A stretch of 64,000 bases of DNA from Nitrospirota bacterium (GCA_963754875.1 CAVWHO010000008.1:160001-224000), one strand, 5' to 3'. Positions 44,154 to 55,399 are shown, counted from the stretch's first letter. Numbers and translations: made by a program. The notes: a model not told the origin generated them from the letters alone.

Positions 44154-44389
44154 TCCTTTTCGTCAAAACGGGTAGGATTTGACGGCATAAGCAAGGCATC
44201 CTCAGCTCGATCATGCATTGTTTTGGCTGCTTTAGCCCAGCCTTCACGAGGCGAATGTACGTTCTCTATTACTATCGCGCCATCTCTTACGCGAAGTTCG
44301 ACTTCATCGGCTAGTCCTGCCTGCGCGATAAGGGGTTTTGGTAGCCTTATGCCTCGTGAATTACCAACCTGAATCAAATGGGTTTTCAT
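44141..44389 (-). CDS. AbrB/MazE family antitoxin
   Basis: IQVGNSRGIRLPK; promoter TTGACA/TACAAT overlapping a TTACA-T-TGTAA palindrome. Confidence 0.9.
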   Translation of the reverse strand: MKTHLIQVGNSRGIRLPKPLIAQAGLADEVELRVRDGAIVIENVHSPREGWAKAAKTMHDRAEDALLMPSNPTRFDEKDWKW

Positions 44390-44554
44390 AACATCGACCA
44401 TCCTTTCACTGTGTGCTTACATTGTAATCCCATTCTGCCAGGTTGTCAATTGGTTAATGCCGTGTGTGGGACGCACGGTTTTCGCGACCCTCTCCCGGGG
44501 TTATTGGAATTATCGGTTGGGTTTCGCAGTTAAAGATTCGATACAAGGTCATTT

Positions 44555-45600
44555 GGGGTCAAATCTTTCATGTTGACAAATTTCCCTCTAATCGGCTCAG
44601 CAGCGCCCGCACCTTTCTATCTTTATTCACCTTCTCATATAATCGTTTTCTCTCCTGGCTGACCGTAGCATAATCGACCTCAAATATCAATCCAATTTGA
44701 GGACCTTTTAATCCGCCTGCGCGGTACAGTAATTCCATAACTATACGACGCAGATCACCCTTTTCGGTCTTGATCGCTGCGATATCCTTCCCTGTTTCTT
44801 TTTGAATTGCTTTAAAAACCTCTTCTTTTGATCGATGCCGATGTATCTCTCCCACTGCTGGTCTCTCTCGGTCCTTCGCTGTATCAAGATATTTGTCTTT
44901 TATCCAGCCAATAAAGGCTTCTCCTCCGAGGATGCTGCGACCAATCATGCTTTCTTTAAGATCAGACTCCTGTGCAATCTCTGCAAAGATCCGCTTCTTA
45001 TATTCCTTTCGTCCGCGATATGTATCACTACCGTATTCTCCTAGCACCATGGAGTAATCAATGTACCATTCTTTCTTTCTCTGACTCAAAAACCCCGGCA
45101 GGCTGCTCCACCGATAACGAATAAGATATTTGATTCCCTCCGGTTCCGAAAGTTTTTTCATGGCTTTTATTTTAACCGGATTCAAGTGAATGTAGCGTGA
45201 GAGAATGGAAAGATATTCGTTTTTGTCAACGAGAACGCTCTTGTACCTGCCTTGGTACAGGTGTCCTACGCGGTCGTGGCGTCGATTGTAATAACCAGTA
45301 TAGGTTATGCTAAACTTGCGCATGAATTCGGAAAGGTTGGCTTTTGGGGTTTCGAGAAGCAGATGGAAATGGTTGGACATGAAAACGTAACTGTAAAGTT
45401 TGATCGAGTAGATATTTTTCGACTGAATAAGTATCTGGAGAAACTGTTTCCGGTCTTCATCATCTTGAAAAATATCCTGACGTTCATTTCCACGGGAGGT
45501 AACATGGTACACAGCATTGGGGTACTGTATGCGGAGGGGGCGTGCCATGACCGCTCATGGCAGAAATAGGTCACATTGTTAACATGAAAGATTTGACCCC
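44555..45600 (-). mobile_element. HUH (Y1) transposase element bounded by 25-bp inverted repeats
   Basis: GGGGTCAAATCTTTCATGTTGACAA (44555-44579) and TTGTTAACATGAAAGATTTGACCCC (45576-45600). Confidence 0.85.
44568..45548 (-). CDS. REP-associated tyrosine transposase (RAYT/TnpA-REP, IS200-like) with C-terminal HTH
   Basis: MARPLRI.YP..YHVTSRGN, NHFHLL (HUH), GHLYQGRYKS, YIHLNP, RWSS. Confidence 0.92.
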   Translation of the reverse strand: MARPLRIQYPNAVYHVTSRGNERQDIFQDDEDRKQFLQILIQSKNIYSIKLYSYVFMSNHFHLLLETPKANLSEFMRKFSITYTGYYNRRHDRVGHLYQGRYKSVLVDKNEYLSILSRYIHLNPVKIKAMKKLSEPEGIKYLIRYRWSSLPGFLSQRKKEWYIDYSMVLGEYGSDTYRGRKEYKKRIFAEIAQESDLKESMIGRSILGGEAFIGWIKDKYLDTAKDRERPAVGEIHRHRSKEEVFKAIQKETGKDIAAIKTEKGDLRRIVMELLYRAGGLKGPQIGLIFEVDYATVSQERKRLYEKVNKDRKVRALLSRLEGNLST

Positions 45601-45691
45601 AATGATCACTTTCTTCGGTTTGTATTTCATATGTTTAGCCCTTTTTCCTTTGCCCCCATCGTTACGTCGACATGAGGTTCTACTAAGGGTT

Positions 45692-46651
45692 CTAAAGTTT
45701 TTTAGGTTGCTCCAATTTCTTCATGAATGATTCAATGAGCTCATTTATATAATCCGAACTATATACAATAGTTAGCCCTGCATTACTCCAGCCATTTGAC
45801 ACAATGCCTATGATATCACTCTTCGCATTCACTACTTCTAAAGAGCGTCCCATTTCATCTGCTCCAAATTTTGTACCTCTTGGAAGAACTACAGGGCCAC
45901 CACTATTGCCTGGTACAATTAATCCATCAACTAAAAATAATTTTCCGCGAATCGTCACAGATCCAGTCTTTCCATCGCATTTCTTCCATTGTGAACTGAA
46001 AGACAGTTCTTCACCCGGAGTAGCTGCAAGATAACCTGCCTTTACAATAGGCCTGTTTGTCAAAAGCGATGTTATTCCCTGAGGGTAACCAATCGCAAAT
46101 ACAAGACTCCCGATATCTGTGGCTCCGTCACGTGTACTGCCGAAGGGCTTAAGGAATTCACGGCTTAGGCATGTCAGCCTAAGTAATCCTCTATATTTGG
46201 TACCTAAGTCGATTTTGATAACTGCTACGTCAACCACAGGGTCAGGATGTAGAGCGATTTTTGAAGTATCGATTGTGCCATCCGATTTTTTCAGAGAAAT
46301 TCTTACAACGGTTGTCACTTCGGAGGAAATTGGTTTATCTAAATAAAGACGAATGTCGATCCAGTCATCCAATACAGTTTGACCATCAGCGGGAGTCCAG
46401 CAGCCCAGCATGTGTTTGTTCGTGACAAGAAACAATTCAACATGTTTTTTGTCTTTCGTAATAGCGCCGGCCAAGAATCCAGTGCCGGTATGATTAGAAG
46501 AATTAATTATCTGAATTGTGGAAATTATGATGCTGTCATTTATTACGCCTCCATTAGCGACTATCGTCGAAGTTAAATAGATAACTTCCAACAAAAGCAG
46601 AAAGATCTTAAAGCAATTTCTCAGTGATGGATTCATTGCATTAGGGGGCAT
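45692..46651 (-). CDS. Trypsin-like serine protease (AT-rich accessory gene)
   Basis: VTNKHML (His), DVAVI (Asp), IGYP, PGNSGGPV (Ser); hydrophobic N-terminus. Confidence 0.85.
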   Translation of the reverse strand: MPPNAMNPSLRNCFKIFLLLLEVIYLTSTIVANGGVINDSIIISTIQIINSSNHTGTGFLAGAITKDKKHVELFLVTNKHMLGCWTPADGQTVLDDWIDIRLYLDKPISSEVTTVVRISLKKSDGTIDTSKIALHPDPVVDVAVIKIDLGTKYRGLLRLTCLSREFLKPFGSTRDGATDIGSLVFAIGYPQGITSLLTNRPIVKAGYLAATPGEELSFSSQWKKCDGKTGSVTIRGKLFLVDGLIVPGNSGGPVVLPRGTKFGADEMGRSLEVVNAKSDIIGIVSNGWSNAGLTIVYSSDYINELIESFMKKLEQPKKL

Positions 46652-46880
46652 TTGGGGTCAAATTTTTTTATGTTGACAAAATCCCTTCTAATCGACCCAG
46701 CAGCGCCCGCACCTTTCTATCTTTATTCACCTTCTCATATAATCGTTTTCTCTCCTGGCTGACCGTAGCATAATCGACCTCAAATATCAATCCAATTTGA
46801 GGACCTTTTAGTCCGCCTGCGCGGTACAGTAATTCCATGACTATACGACGTAAATTACCCTTTTCGGTCTTGATCGCTGC
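46652..46880 (-). pseudogene. Partial duplicate of the 3' end of the HUH transposase with its terminal repeat
   Basis: 46681-46880 matches 44581-44780 with 10 mismatches in 200 nt (counted by eye); GGGGTCAAAT..TGTTGACAA end present. Confidence 0.9.
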
Positions 46881-47032
46881 GGGAACTTAGGTGACGTTGA
46901 TACTCAGCATACATTATTGGACCACATCTCATTTCATTACTACTATCGTTGCGATACCTTTGATAAAGAATATGCCGAAACTCACATGTCTATGTTTCAG
47001 CGTTAACAAAAAAACACGGCTGCCAACTTCGG

Positions 47033-47670
<638 letters not shown>

Positions 47671-47795
47671 TTAAATCCATAGTTCGTTCTGGTTATTGCG
47701 TTCGTACCTAATACCTAATATACGACCTGTTGTCTCTATTATAGAATTTTCAAGGTTTTATTCAAGAATATTTCACGTAGGGGAAAGAAAATTGC

Positions 47796-48563
47796 CTACT
47801 CCCCCTTTTCTTCCAGCTGATAATCCTTGATCTTGGTGAGGAGCGTCTTGTAGCTCACCTGAAGAATTTCCGAGGCACGGGACTTGTTCCCTCCCGTCTG
47901 TTTCAAAACCTGTCTGATTCGCCGGGATTCGGCAATGCGCGTGGCGGCAGCTGCGACCTCCTGAAGCGGGCCGTCCATGGGCACATGTTCCGCAAGCGCG
48001 TCGATGATGCTCGATTCGCTTATGCCGAGGTCCTGGCTGCGGATCACTCCGCCGTCGGCATAGATGACGGACCGTTCGATGATGTTTTCCAGTTCACGCA
48101 CATTCCCCTTCCACGGAGACTTCATCAGGATGTCCATGGCATCATCGGAGATCGTAAGCGGACCTTTTCGCACTTCGGCTGAATATTTATTCAGGAAATT
48201 CTGCGCGAGCGCGGGAATATCGTCCCTTCTTTCCCGCAGCGGCGGGATCGTAATCGGGAACACGTTCAAGCGATAAAACAGGTCTTCACGAAACAACTTG
48301 GCGCCGACTGCTTTTTCGATGTCCTTGTTCGTTGCCGCCACGACCCGGACGTCGATCTTGATCGGTTTCCCCCCGCCGACCCGCTCGATCACCTGCTCCT
48401 GCAGCACACGGAGGAGCTTGGCCTGGAGCGCGAGGTCCATATCCCCGATCTCATCGAGGAACACAGTCCCCTTGTCCGCAAGCTCCAGCTTGCCCAGTTT
48501 TCGCGCTTCCGCCCCGGTGAATGCGCCCCGTTCGTAGCCGAACAATTCGCTTTCCAGCAGTTG
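47796..48563 (-). pseudogene. 5'-truncated sigma54-dependent (NtrC/Fis) transcriptional activator
   Basis: Begins abruptly at [17 protein letters not shown]; has [23 protein letters not shown] and the Fis HTH; Walker A and the N-terminal domain are absent. Confidence 0.8.
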
Positions 48564-48632
48564 GTAGGTTGGGTTAAGCGGAGCGCAACCCAACGTCCTT
48601 TGTCGGGTTTCACTTCGTTCTACCCAACCTAC
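48564..48632. repeat. GTAG REP doublet (same family as 43158-43242)
   Basis: GTAGGTTGGGTT..AACCCAAC ... GTCGGGT..ACCCAACCTAC. Confidence 0.85.
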
Positions 48633-48710
48633 CTGGCTTTTTACACAATCAATGCATTCTGCTTTCGTAGCCGCAGGCTTTAGCCTGTGCAGATTTTTTT
48701 CAACAACCTC

Positions 48711-49775
48711 CTAAGCCTTCGCCCGTAAATACTGATTCGGCCAGGCAAGGTCGACCTTCAGGGCCTTTGCCGCCAGCATGGGCCAGTAGGGATTGCGAAG
48801 CATTTCGCGCGCAAGGACCACCGCATCGGCAAGACCCGTGGCAACGATATGCTCTGCCTGTGCGGGATCGGTGATGAGGCCGACCGCGCCGGTCGGAATA
48901 CCCACCTCCTTTTTGATTGCCGTGGCAAAAGGCGTCTGGTAACCGGGCCCCATGGGGATGACGGCGTTGTACACTGAGCCGCCTGATGAACAATCGATGA
49001 GATCGATACCGATGTCCTTCAGCCTTCGGCACAGTTCTACTGACTGCGCCAGGTCCCAGCCTCCTTCCACCCAATCAGTCGCAGATATGCGCACGAAGAC
49101 CGGCAATTCCTTGGGCCAGATATTCCGCACTGCGCGGGCAACGTTTAAGGGGAACCGCATGCGGTTTTCCAGACTGCCTCCATTCTCATCCTTCCTGTGG
49201 TTACTCAGCGGCGACAGAAACTCGTGCAGCAAATATCCATGTGCCATATGGATCTCTATGACCTGAAAGCCTGCAGCCTTTGCCCGTTTTGCGGCGTCCA
49301 CAAACTGAGTGCGGATTGTGCCCAGATCAGCTGACGTAGCCTCACGAGGCACGGGATGTTCGGATGTAAAAGGCAGCGGACTGGGAGCGATGGGTTGCCA
49401 TCCGCGATTCTCCGGTCCCAGCGGGCCTCCTCCCAGCCAGGGCCGGCTTGTGGAAGCTTTGCGGCCTGCATGGGCAAGCTGGATCCCGGCAACAGCGCCC
49501 TGCTCGCGGATGAACTGCGCGATGGGCGTAAACGCCTCTGCATGAGCGTCGCTCCAGATGCCGCTGTCATCAGGGCTGATCCGGCCCTGGGGGCTGACTG
49601 CCGTGGCCTCGACCATGACCAGTCCCGCACCGCCTACAGCGCGGCTTCCCAAATGGACCAGGTGCCAGTCAGTCGGCAGACCGTCGATGCTCGAGTACTG
49701 GCACATGGGGGACACGAAGATACGGTTCCGGAAGGTCAGGTCGCGTAATTTTAAAGTAGAAAACAATTGGCTCAT
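48711..49775 (-). CDS. NADH:flavin oxidoreductase (Old Yellow Enzyme, YqjM/NamA type)
   Basis: SPMCQYS, IQLAHAGRKAS, HMAHGYLLHEFLSPLSN, GPGYQ, QYLRA. Confidence 0.95.
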   Translation of the reverse strand: MSQLFSTLKLRDLTFRNRIFVSPMCQYSSIDGLPTDWHLVHLGSRAVGGAGLVMVEATAVSPQGRISPDDSGIWSDAHAEAFTPIAQFIREQGAVAGIQLAHAGRKASTSRPWLGGGPLGPENRGWQPIAPSPLPFTSEHPVPREATSADLGTIRTQFVDAAKRAKAAGFQVIEIHMAHGYLLHEFLSPLSNHRKDENGGSLENRMRFPLNVARAVRNIWPKELPVFVRISATDWVEGGWDLAQSVELCRRLKDIGIDLIDCSSGGSVYNAVIPMGPGYQTPFATAIKKEVGIPTGAVGLITDPAQAEHIVATGLADAVVLAREMLRNPYWPMLAAKALKVDLAWPNQYLRAKA

Positions 49776-50095
49776 CGTAAACTCCTTTTTCCCTTCACAT
49801 CATAGGATGCAAGTCGCGGGATTCACCCTTTCCCTTGAAGGTTTCAGACTTCATGAATTTCCAGAGATGACTCTTTTTTATTATAGCTCACTTGGGCAAG
49901 TGAAGGCATACATCAGAGGGATGTTATAGCTAAATATGTGCGATTGAATCGGTGCAAAAATGAGGGTACCGGCAGGAATGAATAGGAAAGAATAATACTT
50001 AAGAAAAATGTATAGCTGACCAGCCGGGCGTCCACGGAGTGAATCCGGCTAATCAGCTTAGTTGCATCTCACGAGCTGGACGCCTGCCGCATCGC

Positions 50096-50602
50096 TTATG
50101 CCTTATGCAGGACTTTGATCGCCTTCTTGTCGTCAGCCGTCTTGACCACCACGCTTGCCGTCTTGCCGGAAGTCGTTGTAGAGTAAAAATAGTAGATGTT
50201 GATGCCGGCATCCGCAATGATCCTGCATATTCTTTCCAGCGCGCCGACCTTGTTTTCCGTCTCAACCAGGATGACCGACGAATCCTGTATGTCGTCGGCG
50301 CCGATCTTGTCGAGGGCTTTTTCCGCTTTTGTGAGATCGTCCACGATCAGGGTAAAGGTCGCTTTATGGCGCGCACCGCTAGCCGAAGTGCCGGTCCCGG
50401 CGAGAATATTCACATTCGCAGCCGCGAGAGCAGCAGCGATCTTTGCCGTTAATCCGATACTATCCACGAAGGTCGCTGTAATTTCCTTTTCCGTCTTCGC
50501 GGTAAACCTGGGTCCTGTTGTTTTCCCGGCTAAAGAAACAGATTTTGCTGCCGGTTTTGCGGCTTTCTTTTTTGCAGTCGTTTTCTTCGCGGCTTTTGCC
50601 AT
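50096..50602 (-). CDS. Tandem ACT-domain protein with Lys/Ala-rich N-terminal tail
   Basis: DSIGLTAKI...ANVNI; NKVGALERI..AGINI.Y.Y. Confidence 0.8.
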   Translation of the reverse strand: MAKAAKKTTAKKKAAKPAAKSVSLAGKTTGPRFTAKTEKEITATFVDSIGLTAKIAAALAAANVNILAGTGTSASGARHKATFTLIVDDLTKAEKALDKIGADDIQDSSVILVETENKVGALERICRIIADAGINIYYFYSTTTSGKTASVVVKTADDKKAIKVLHKA

Positions 50603-50819
50603 GGGTTCGGATCTCCTTTCGGGTTTTCAGGTGCTTCCTGCGAAGAGAGTACTACAAATTTCATGGCATTGGCAAGAAAATTCTGAGGAAAGGATTTATA
50701 GAACGTTGATAGAATATGTCAGATACACATCGCAGGATGGGGTTAAAGAGAGCCCCGCTAGAGATTGCTCTCTAACGGGAATGTATTTTTTCTGTGAGGA
50801 AGATGTCCGATGTTCTGCT

Positions 50820-51425
50820 TTACATGGCCGCATGCAGGATCTTTTTCGGCGGTCTGGACATTTTTCTTTTTTCGTACCACTCCATCGTATAAAACATGGC
50901 GCCTGCAAGAATGAAGACCATTGCGAGCACAATCCAATGGTTCATGCCCAGAAATTCAGGCAGTGTCGGCTGTCCCATATCGGTCGTTTTATAGAACTTC
51001 TCAAGCCAGGGAAAGAGGACGGAGAAAAGCAAGGTCCCGCTGCCGATGCCGATCATAGTCACCAGCGCGTCGAGCCTGCCTGAAGCAAGGCCAGCCACAG
51101 CAGTACCGGGACAATATCCGCTCACGAGGTAGCCGAGCCCGAAGAGCGCGCCACCTACCAGTTGGGGCCAGAAGAACGTGGGAATGATCCAGACCTTGCT
51201 CATATCGAGAAACTTCAGGTCCGATAAGACACAGAGCCCTGTGGCTGCAACAAGGATAGCGGTAAACATGGCTTTCGGCACGGCAAAGTCGGTCAAATAG
51301 AATACTCCCGTAAGCTTGTGGGGGTTCCCCAAACCCCCGCGCTCAAGAAAGAGACCGAAGAACACGCCCAAGACCAGGGCCACGATAAGGTTGACGTTAT
51401 CGCTGAAAACAAAGGGTGCGCTCAT
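50820..51425 (-). CDS. YeeE/YedE sulfur (thiosulfate) transporter-like membrane protein
   Basis: GG.LFGLG..VSGYCPGT. Confidence 0.85.
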   Translation of the reverse strand: MSAPFVFSDNVNLIVALVLGVFFGLFLERGGLGNPHKLTGVFYLTDFAVPKAMFTAILVAATGLCVLSDLKFLDMSKVWIIPTFFWPQLVGGALFGLGYLVSGYCPGTAVAGLASGRLDALVTMIGIGSGTLLFSVLFPWLEKFYKTTDMGQPTLPEFLGMNHWIVLAMVFILAGAMFYTMEWYEKRKMSRPPKKILHAAM

Positions 51426-51928
51426 GACCATAACCTCCTGAACAGAGCGGCGAACACAAAGCCGCTAACGAACATGGCGATGACAAAAACCCATCCGGAA
51501 AGCGCGAATTGGGCACCGCCGGTGAGTGCAACGCCGCTCGTGCATCCCCGGGCGAGCCTGCTGGCAAAGCCGAGCACCACACCGCCGCCGAATGCCGTAA
51601 GCGTCCGCATTCCAATCGTCATGCGCGCGGCCCTGTCGAACCGGAACTTGAAGCGCCTGCTCAAAAGCACGCCGATGAGCGCGCCGAGCAACAGTCCGCT
51701 CACCTCGACAACGGTCCAGTCTTTGAAAGGAGACAATTCAAGGTATTTCGACAGATAGGAGAGAGTCGCGGTGTAGGCCGGGAGCAGTGCTTTCATGGCG
51801 GCGCCTGGAACAACGGTGAATGCCCGTGATGCGCCGAGCCCCTGCCCTGCAAGGACAAAGGATGCCAGAAGGGTCAGCCCAAGACCCGCTCCGGCGAGAT
51901 AAGGAGACCAGAAACCGTTCTTCTTCAT
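51422..51928 (-). CDS. YeeE/YedE sulfur transporter-like membrane protein
   Basis: WSPYLAGAGLG, GLGAS, RLARGCTSG. Confidence 0.85.
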   Translation of the reverse strand: MKKNGFWSPYLAGAGLGLTLLASFVLAGQGLGASRAFTVVPGAAMKALLPAYTATLSYLSKYLELSPFKDWTVVEVSGLLLGALIGVLLSRRFKFRFDRAARMTIGMRTLTAFGGGVVLGFASRLARGCTSGVALTGGAQFALSGWVFVIAMFVSGFVFAALFRRLWS

Positions 51929-52567
51929 AATCACCTCCATGTTTTAACCAGGGAGATTAGCCTCCGCTGGCAGCAACCGTAAAGGAGATATGCGTGTAAA
52001 AAGCACCTCCATGAGGGGAAAGGGAGAATTAAAATGCAAAAGGGGGAAACAAAATGCATTCAAAAAAAGTCGTGTAATCTTCTTTTGACGTCATTCGCCG
52101 CTCCTTATAAAAATATGATGCGGGGCTCTGCCGGCTTGTCCCGCTTGCGGGGCTTGCCTGTGGCCAGTGCTTATGAGTGCGCTGCACGAATACAGGCTAT
52201 CCGGAATCGTTTCTTCCAGTAGGTTGTAAAGCACGACGATTCCCGACTCCGTCCCGCGTCCTCGTGACATCGGAAACGGAGCGGGGCATGCGGCAATGAC
52301 GACTTTTTACGACTTCATCAAACAAGCTATTCAGTCTTTTCCCTTTTCCCCATTTCCCCGCCTTTTTTCTCCATTTCTCCTATCAAGGTTTTTGGACGTA
52401 TGAGAACAAAAGTATTACAAATAACCAAGGATCTGACGAATATTCAATTCTCCAGTTCAATAATTTCCAATCCCTGCAACTATTGGTATAATTATTATCC
52501 CGGTTCTGTCCGTTGTCAAGAGAAGAACCGAAAGCAGGCCGCAATATAACGAGGTTTGATTGCAATA

Positions 52568-52612
52568 AAAAAGCACCCCGCCGCGGGCAACAGGCCGTGC
52601 GACGGGGTGCTT
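52568..52612 (-). terminator. Terminator after htpG
   Basis: AAGCACCCCG...CGGGGTGCTT stem next to an A run (a U tail on the minus strand). Confidence 0.65.
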
Positions 52613-52659
52613 ATGCTATTTTGTATTTGCAGATTGGCGAACCTGCAAATGCTCAGGCC

Positions 52660-54576
52660 TTACGAAGTCAGCTGTTTCGCATTCTCCAGCATGAGCTTGG
52701 CCATTGTCTTTGCAAAAGCCGAGGGGTCTTTGACTTTGGAACCTTCGAGCAGGAGCGCCTGGTTATAGAGCAGACTGATGTACTCTTTCAGCATTTCTTC
52801 CTTGCCGCCTTTGGCCATGAGATCGTTCATGGCAGAAAAAACCTGGTGCCCCGGATTGATCTCCAGTATCCGTTTGTCCGTGGGCACGTCCTGGCCCATC
52901 GATTTCAAAAGCTTTTCCATCTGCGGGTCCATGCCGCCTTCGTCTGCAACGAGACAACAGGCCGAGTCCTTGAGCCTGCCCGAAAGCCGCACGTCCTTGA
53001 CCTCGTCCTTCAACTGTTCTTTTATCATCGCGAGCAGTTTCTCGAATTTTTCTTTTGATTTTTCCTTCTCTTTGTCCCCTGCCGTATCCAGGCTGATATC
53101 GCCCTTGATGACCGACTTGATCTTCTTGCCCTTGTATTCCTGGAGGGACGACATAATGATATCGTCGATATCATCGGTCATGATAAGGACCTCGTAGCCC
53201 TTTTCCCGGAACGCTTCCAGGTAGGGAGACGCCAGGACATTCTCATCGGGCTTGCCGGTGATGTAATAGATCTCGCCCTGGGCGATCGGCATGTTCTTCA
53301 GATAGTCTTCCAGGGTCGTCAGTTTCCCCGCCTCGGTCTTGGTGGACGGGAACAGCAGCAGGTCGGCGATCTGCTCCTTGCGGGAGAAATCGAAATGGAT
53401 GCCTTCCTTCAAGACCCTGCCGAATTCCTTGTGAAATGAGACGTAGGAATCGTAGGCGTTCTTTTTCATGTCCGAAAGCGTATCAAGCACTTTCTTGGTG
53501 ACGTTCTTCTTGATGATCTCGACGTGCTTGTTGGACTGCAGGATCTCACGTGATACGTTCAGCGGGAGGTCCGACGAGTCGACCACGCCTTTGATAAAAC
53601 GCAAATACTCGGGGATGAGCTGTTCGCAGTGGTCCATGATCTGGACCCGCTTGACGTACAAGGTCGGCCCGATCTTGTAGTCGCGGTACAGGATCCCGTA
53701 GGGCGCTTTTGCCGGGAGGTACAGGAGCGCGGTAAACTCCGATGTCCCCTCTGCGCGATAGTGGATCACCTTCGCGGGGTCGCCGAAATCATGGGAAATA
53801 TGTTTGTAGAATTCGTTGTATTCCTCGGGTTTGACTTCCGAGGGGTCCTTGAGCCAGATGGCCTTGCCTGCGTTCATGGTCTCTTCTTCGGTGACCTTGA
53901 TCTTCTTGTTCTTGTCCTGCGGGTCTTCCTTTTCCCGTTCAACGTCCATGACAACGGGATGCTCAATATAATCGGAGTATTTCCTGATAACGGACCTGAT
54001 CTCCCATTCGTTCAGGTAATTTTTGTCGTCCGCTTTCAGATGCAGGATGACATCGGTCCCTGCCTGTTCCTTTTCCGCTTCGTCGATGATGAACGAACCA
54101 TCGGCCGCCGATTCCCACCTCATGGCCTTTCTCGTCTTTTCCGTCGCCTTTCGGGTTATGACCGCGACCTTGTCGGACACCATGAAGGAAGAATAAAAAC
54201 CCACGCCGAACTGTCCGATGAGTTCGGGTTTGTCTTTCAGCTCCTTGCTCTGCAGGGCGCGTAAGAAATCCTTGGTGCCTGAATGGGCGATCGTCCCGAG
54301 TTCCGCGATTACCTCCTCATGGGTCATGCCGATGCCGTTGTCGCTCACCGTAAGCGTGCCCGCGGCCTTATCGACAATGATCTTTATTTTCCAGGCCCCG
54401 GTGTTCTCCAGGATGTCCTTGTTCGTGAGCGATTCAAACCGGGCCTTGTCGATGGCATCGGACGCGTTCGAAATAAGCTCCCGCAGGAAGATTTCCTTAT
54501 GGGAGTACAAAGAATGGATCATCAAATCCAGCAGCTCTTTTACTTCGGTCTTGAATTCCATTTTTTCAACAGTCAT
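52660..54576 (-). CDS. htpG: Chaperone HtpG (Hsp90)
   Basis: HSLYSHKEIFLRELISNASDA, IGQFGVGFYS, GVVDSSDLPLNVSREILQ, LEINP.H. Confidence 0.98.
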   Translation of the reverse strand: MTVEKMEFKTEVKELLDLMIHSLYSHKEIFLRELISNASDAIDKARFESLTNKDILENTGAWKIKIIVDKAAGTLTVSDNGIGMTHEEVIAELGTIAHSGTKDFLRALQSKELKDKPELIGQFGVGFYSSFMVSDKVAVITRKATEKTRKAMRWESAADGSFIIDEAEKEQAGTDVILHLKADDKNYLNEWEIRSVIRKYSDYIEHPVVMDVEREKEDPQDKNKKIKVTEEETMNAGKAIWLKDPSEVKPEEYNEFYKHISHDFGDPAKVIHYRAEGTSEFTALLYLPAKAPYGILYRDYKIGPTLYVKRVQIMDHCEQLIPEYLRFIKGVVDSSDLPLNVSREILQSNKHVEIIKKNVTKKVLDTLSDMKKNAYDSYVSFHKEFGRVLKEGIHFDFSRKEQIADLLLFPSTKTEAGKLTTLEDYLKNMPIAQGEIYYITGKPDENVLASPYLEAFREKGYEVLIMTDDIDDIIMSSLQEYKGKKIKSVIKGDISLDTAGDKEKEKSKEKFEKLLAMIKEQLKDEVKDVRLSGRLKDSACCLVADEGGMDPQMEKLLKSMGQDVPTDKRILEINPGHQVFSAMNDLMAKGGKEEMLKEYISLLYNQALLLEGSKVKDPSAFAKTMAKLMLENAKQLTS

Positions 54577-54859
54577 AGCCCCACCTCGCAATGTCCTTGT
54601 TTAAACAGCAACTATATATACCTGTGCTTTGAACGGTTGTCAAGAAGTTTTGAGGAATCCTCGTGCGCCGGGGGGATTCCTAGTCGCAGGATTTAGTCCT
54701 CAGAACAGTGTACCGAATACAAAGTACCGCATCGGGTTAAAATTTTTGTCCGCGAGAAATAAATTCCTAGTATGACTTGGGAAGAAGAAGGGGGAAATGT
54801 TCTGATGCAAACCGGAAGGTGCAGGGAAGTCTTTTCGACTTCCTCTGCAAACCAGGGGA

Positions 54860-55399
54860 TTACCGTTTACTGATCGCGACCCGTGCTGCCTGCGGCCCTT
54901 CAGTTCCCTGTTCCTCGACGAACGTCACTTCGGTGCCGAATTTCAGATGGTCGAAATCAACCTGATCGAGCACGCTGTTTCTATGAAAATAGATCTCCCG
55001 TTCGTCCGGCGTCTTTATGAAGCCGTAATCCGCCTCGGGAAAGATCCTGACGATACGCCCTGTGGGCGCCTCGGCATGGGCCTTGACGACACCGCGCAGT
55101 TGCCTGCCGTGTTCTTCGAGCAGCCTCACTGCGGCATCGAATGCGTCGCGGACCGCCACGTAAGCATCGGCATTCTCCTGGCGGCTGACCGCCAGTTCCT
55201 TGCCTGGCACGGTGATGTCGATACGAACGCTAAAAAGGTTGCCCTGATGGTGACGGCGCTGTGATTCCTCAACTACAACCCTGCAGCTCATAATACGGTC
55301 GTAAAATCTGTCAAGCTTGGACGCCTTTTCGTTGATGTTCGCCTCAATAACTGCCGAGTGCTCCATGTTCCGAAAGGTGACCTGTAAAGGAATTTTCAT
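54860..55399 (-). CDS. HPF/RaiA domain fused to cold-shock domain
   Basis: LQVTFRNMEHS..., DAYVAVRDAFD; YGFI...EIYFHRNSV...GPQAARV. Confidence 0.9.
   Translation of the reverse strand: MKIPLQVTFRNMEHSAVIEANINEKASKLDRFYDRIMSCRVVVEESQRRHHQGNLFSVRIDITVPGKELAVSRQENADAYVAVRDAFDAAVRLLEEHGRQLRGVVKAHAEAPTGRIVRIFPEADYGFIKTPDEREIYFHRNSVLDQVDFDHLKFGTEVTFVEEQGTEGPQAARVAISKR

Noticed and set aside
45610..45690. Possible further attC remnant and interrupted cassette (MKYKPKKVII) next to the transposase
   Set aside because: No convincing hairpin or GTTRRRY box; too short to support.
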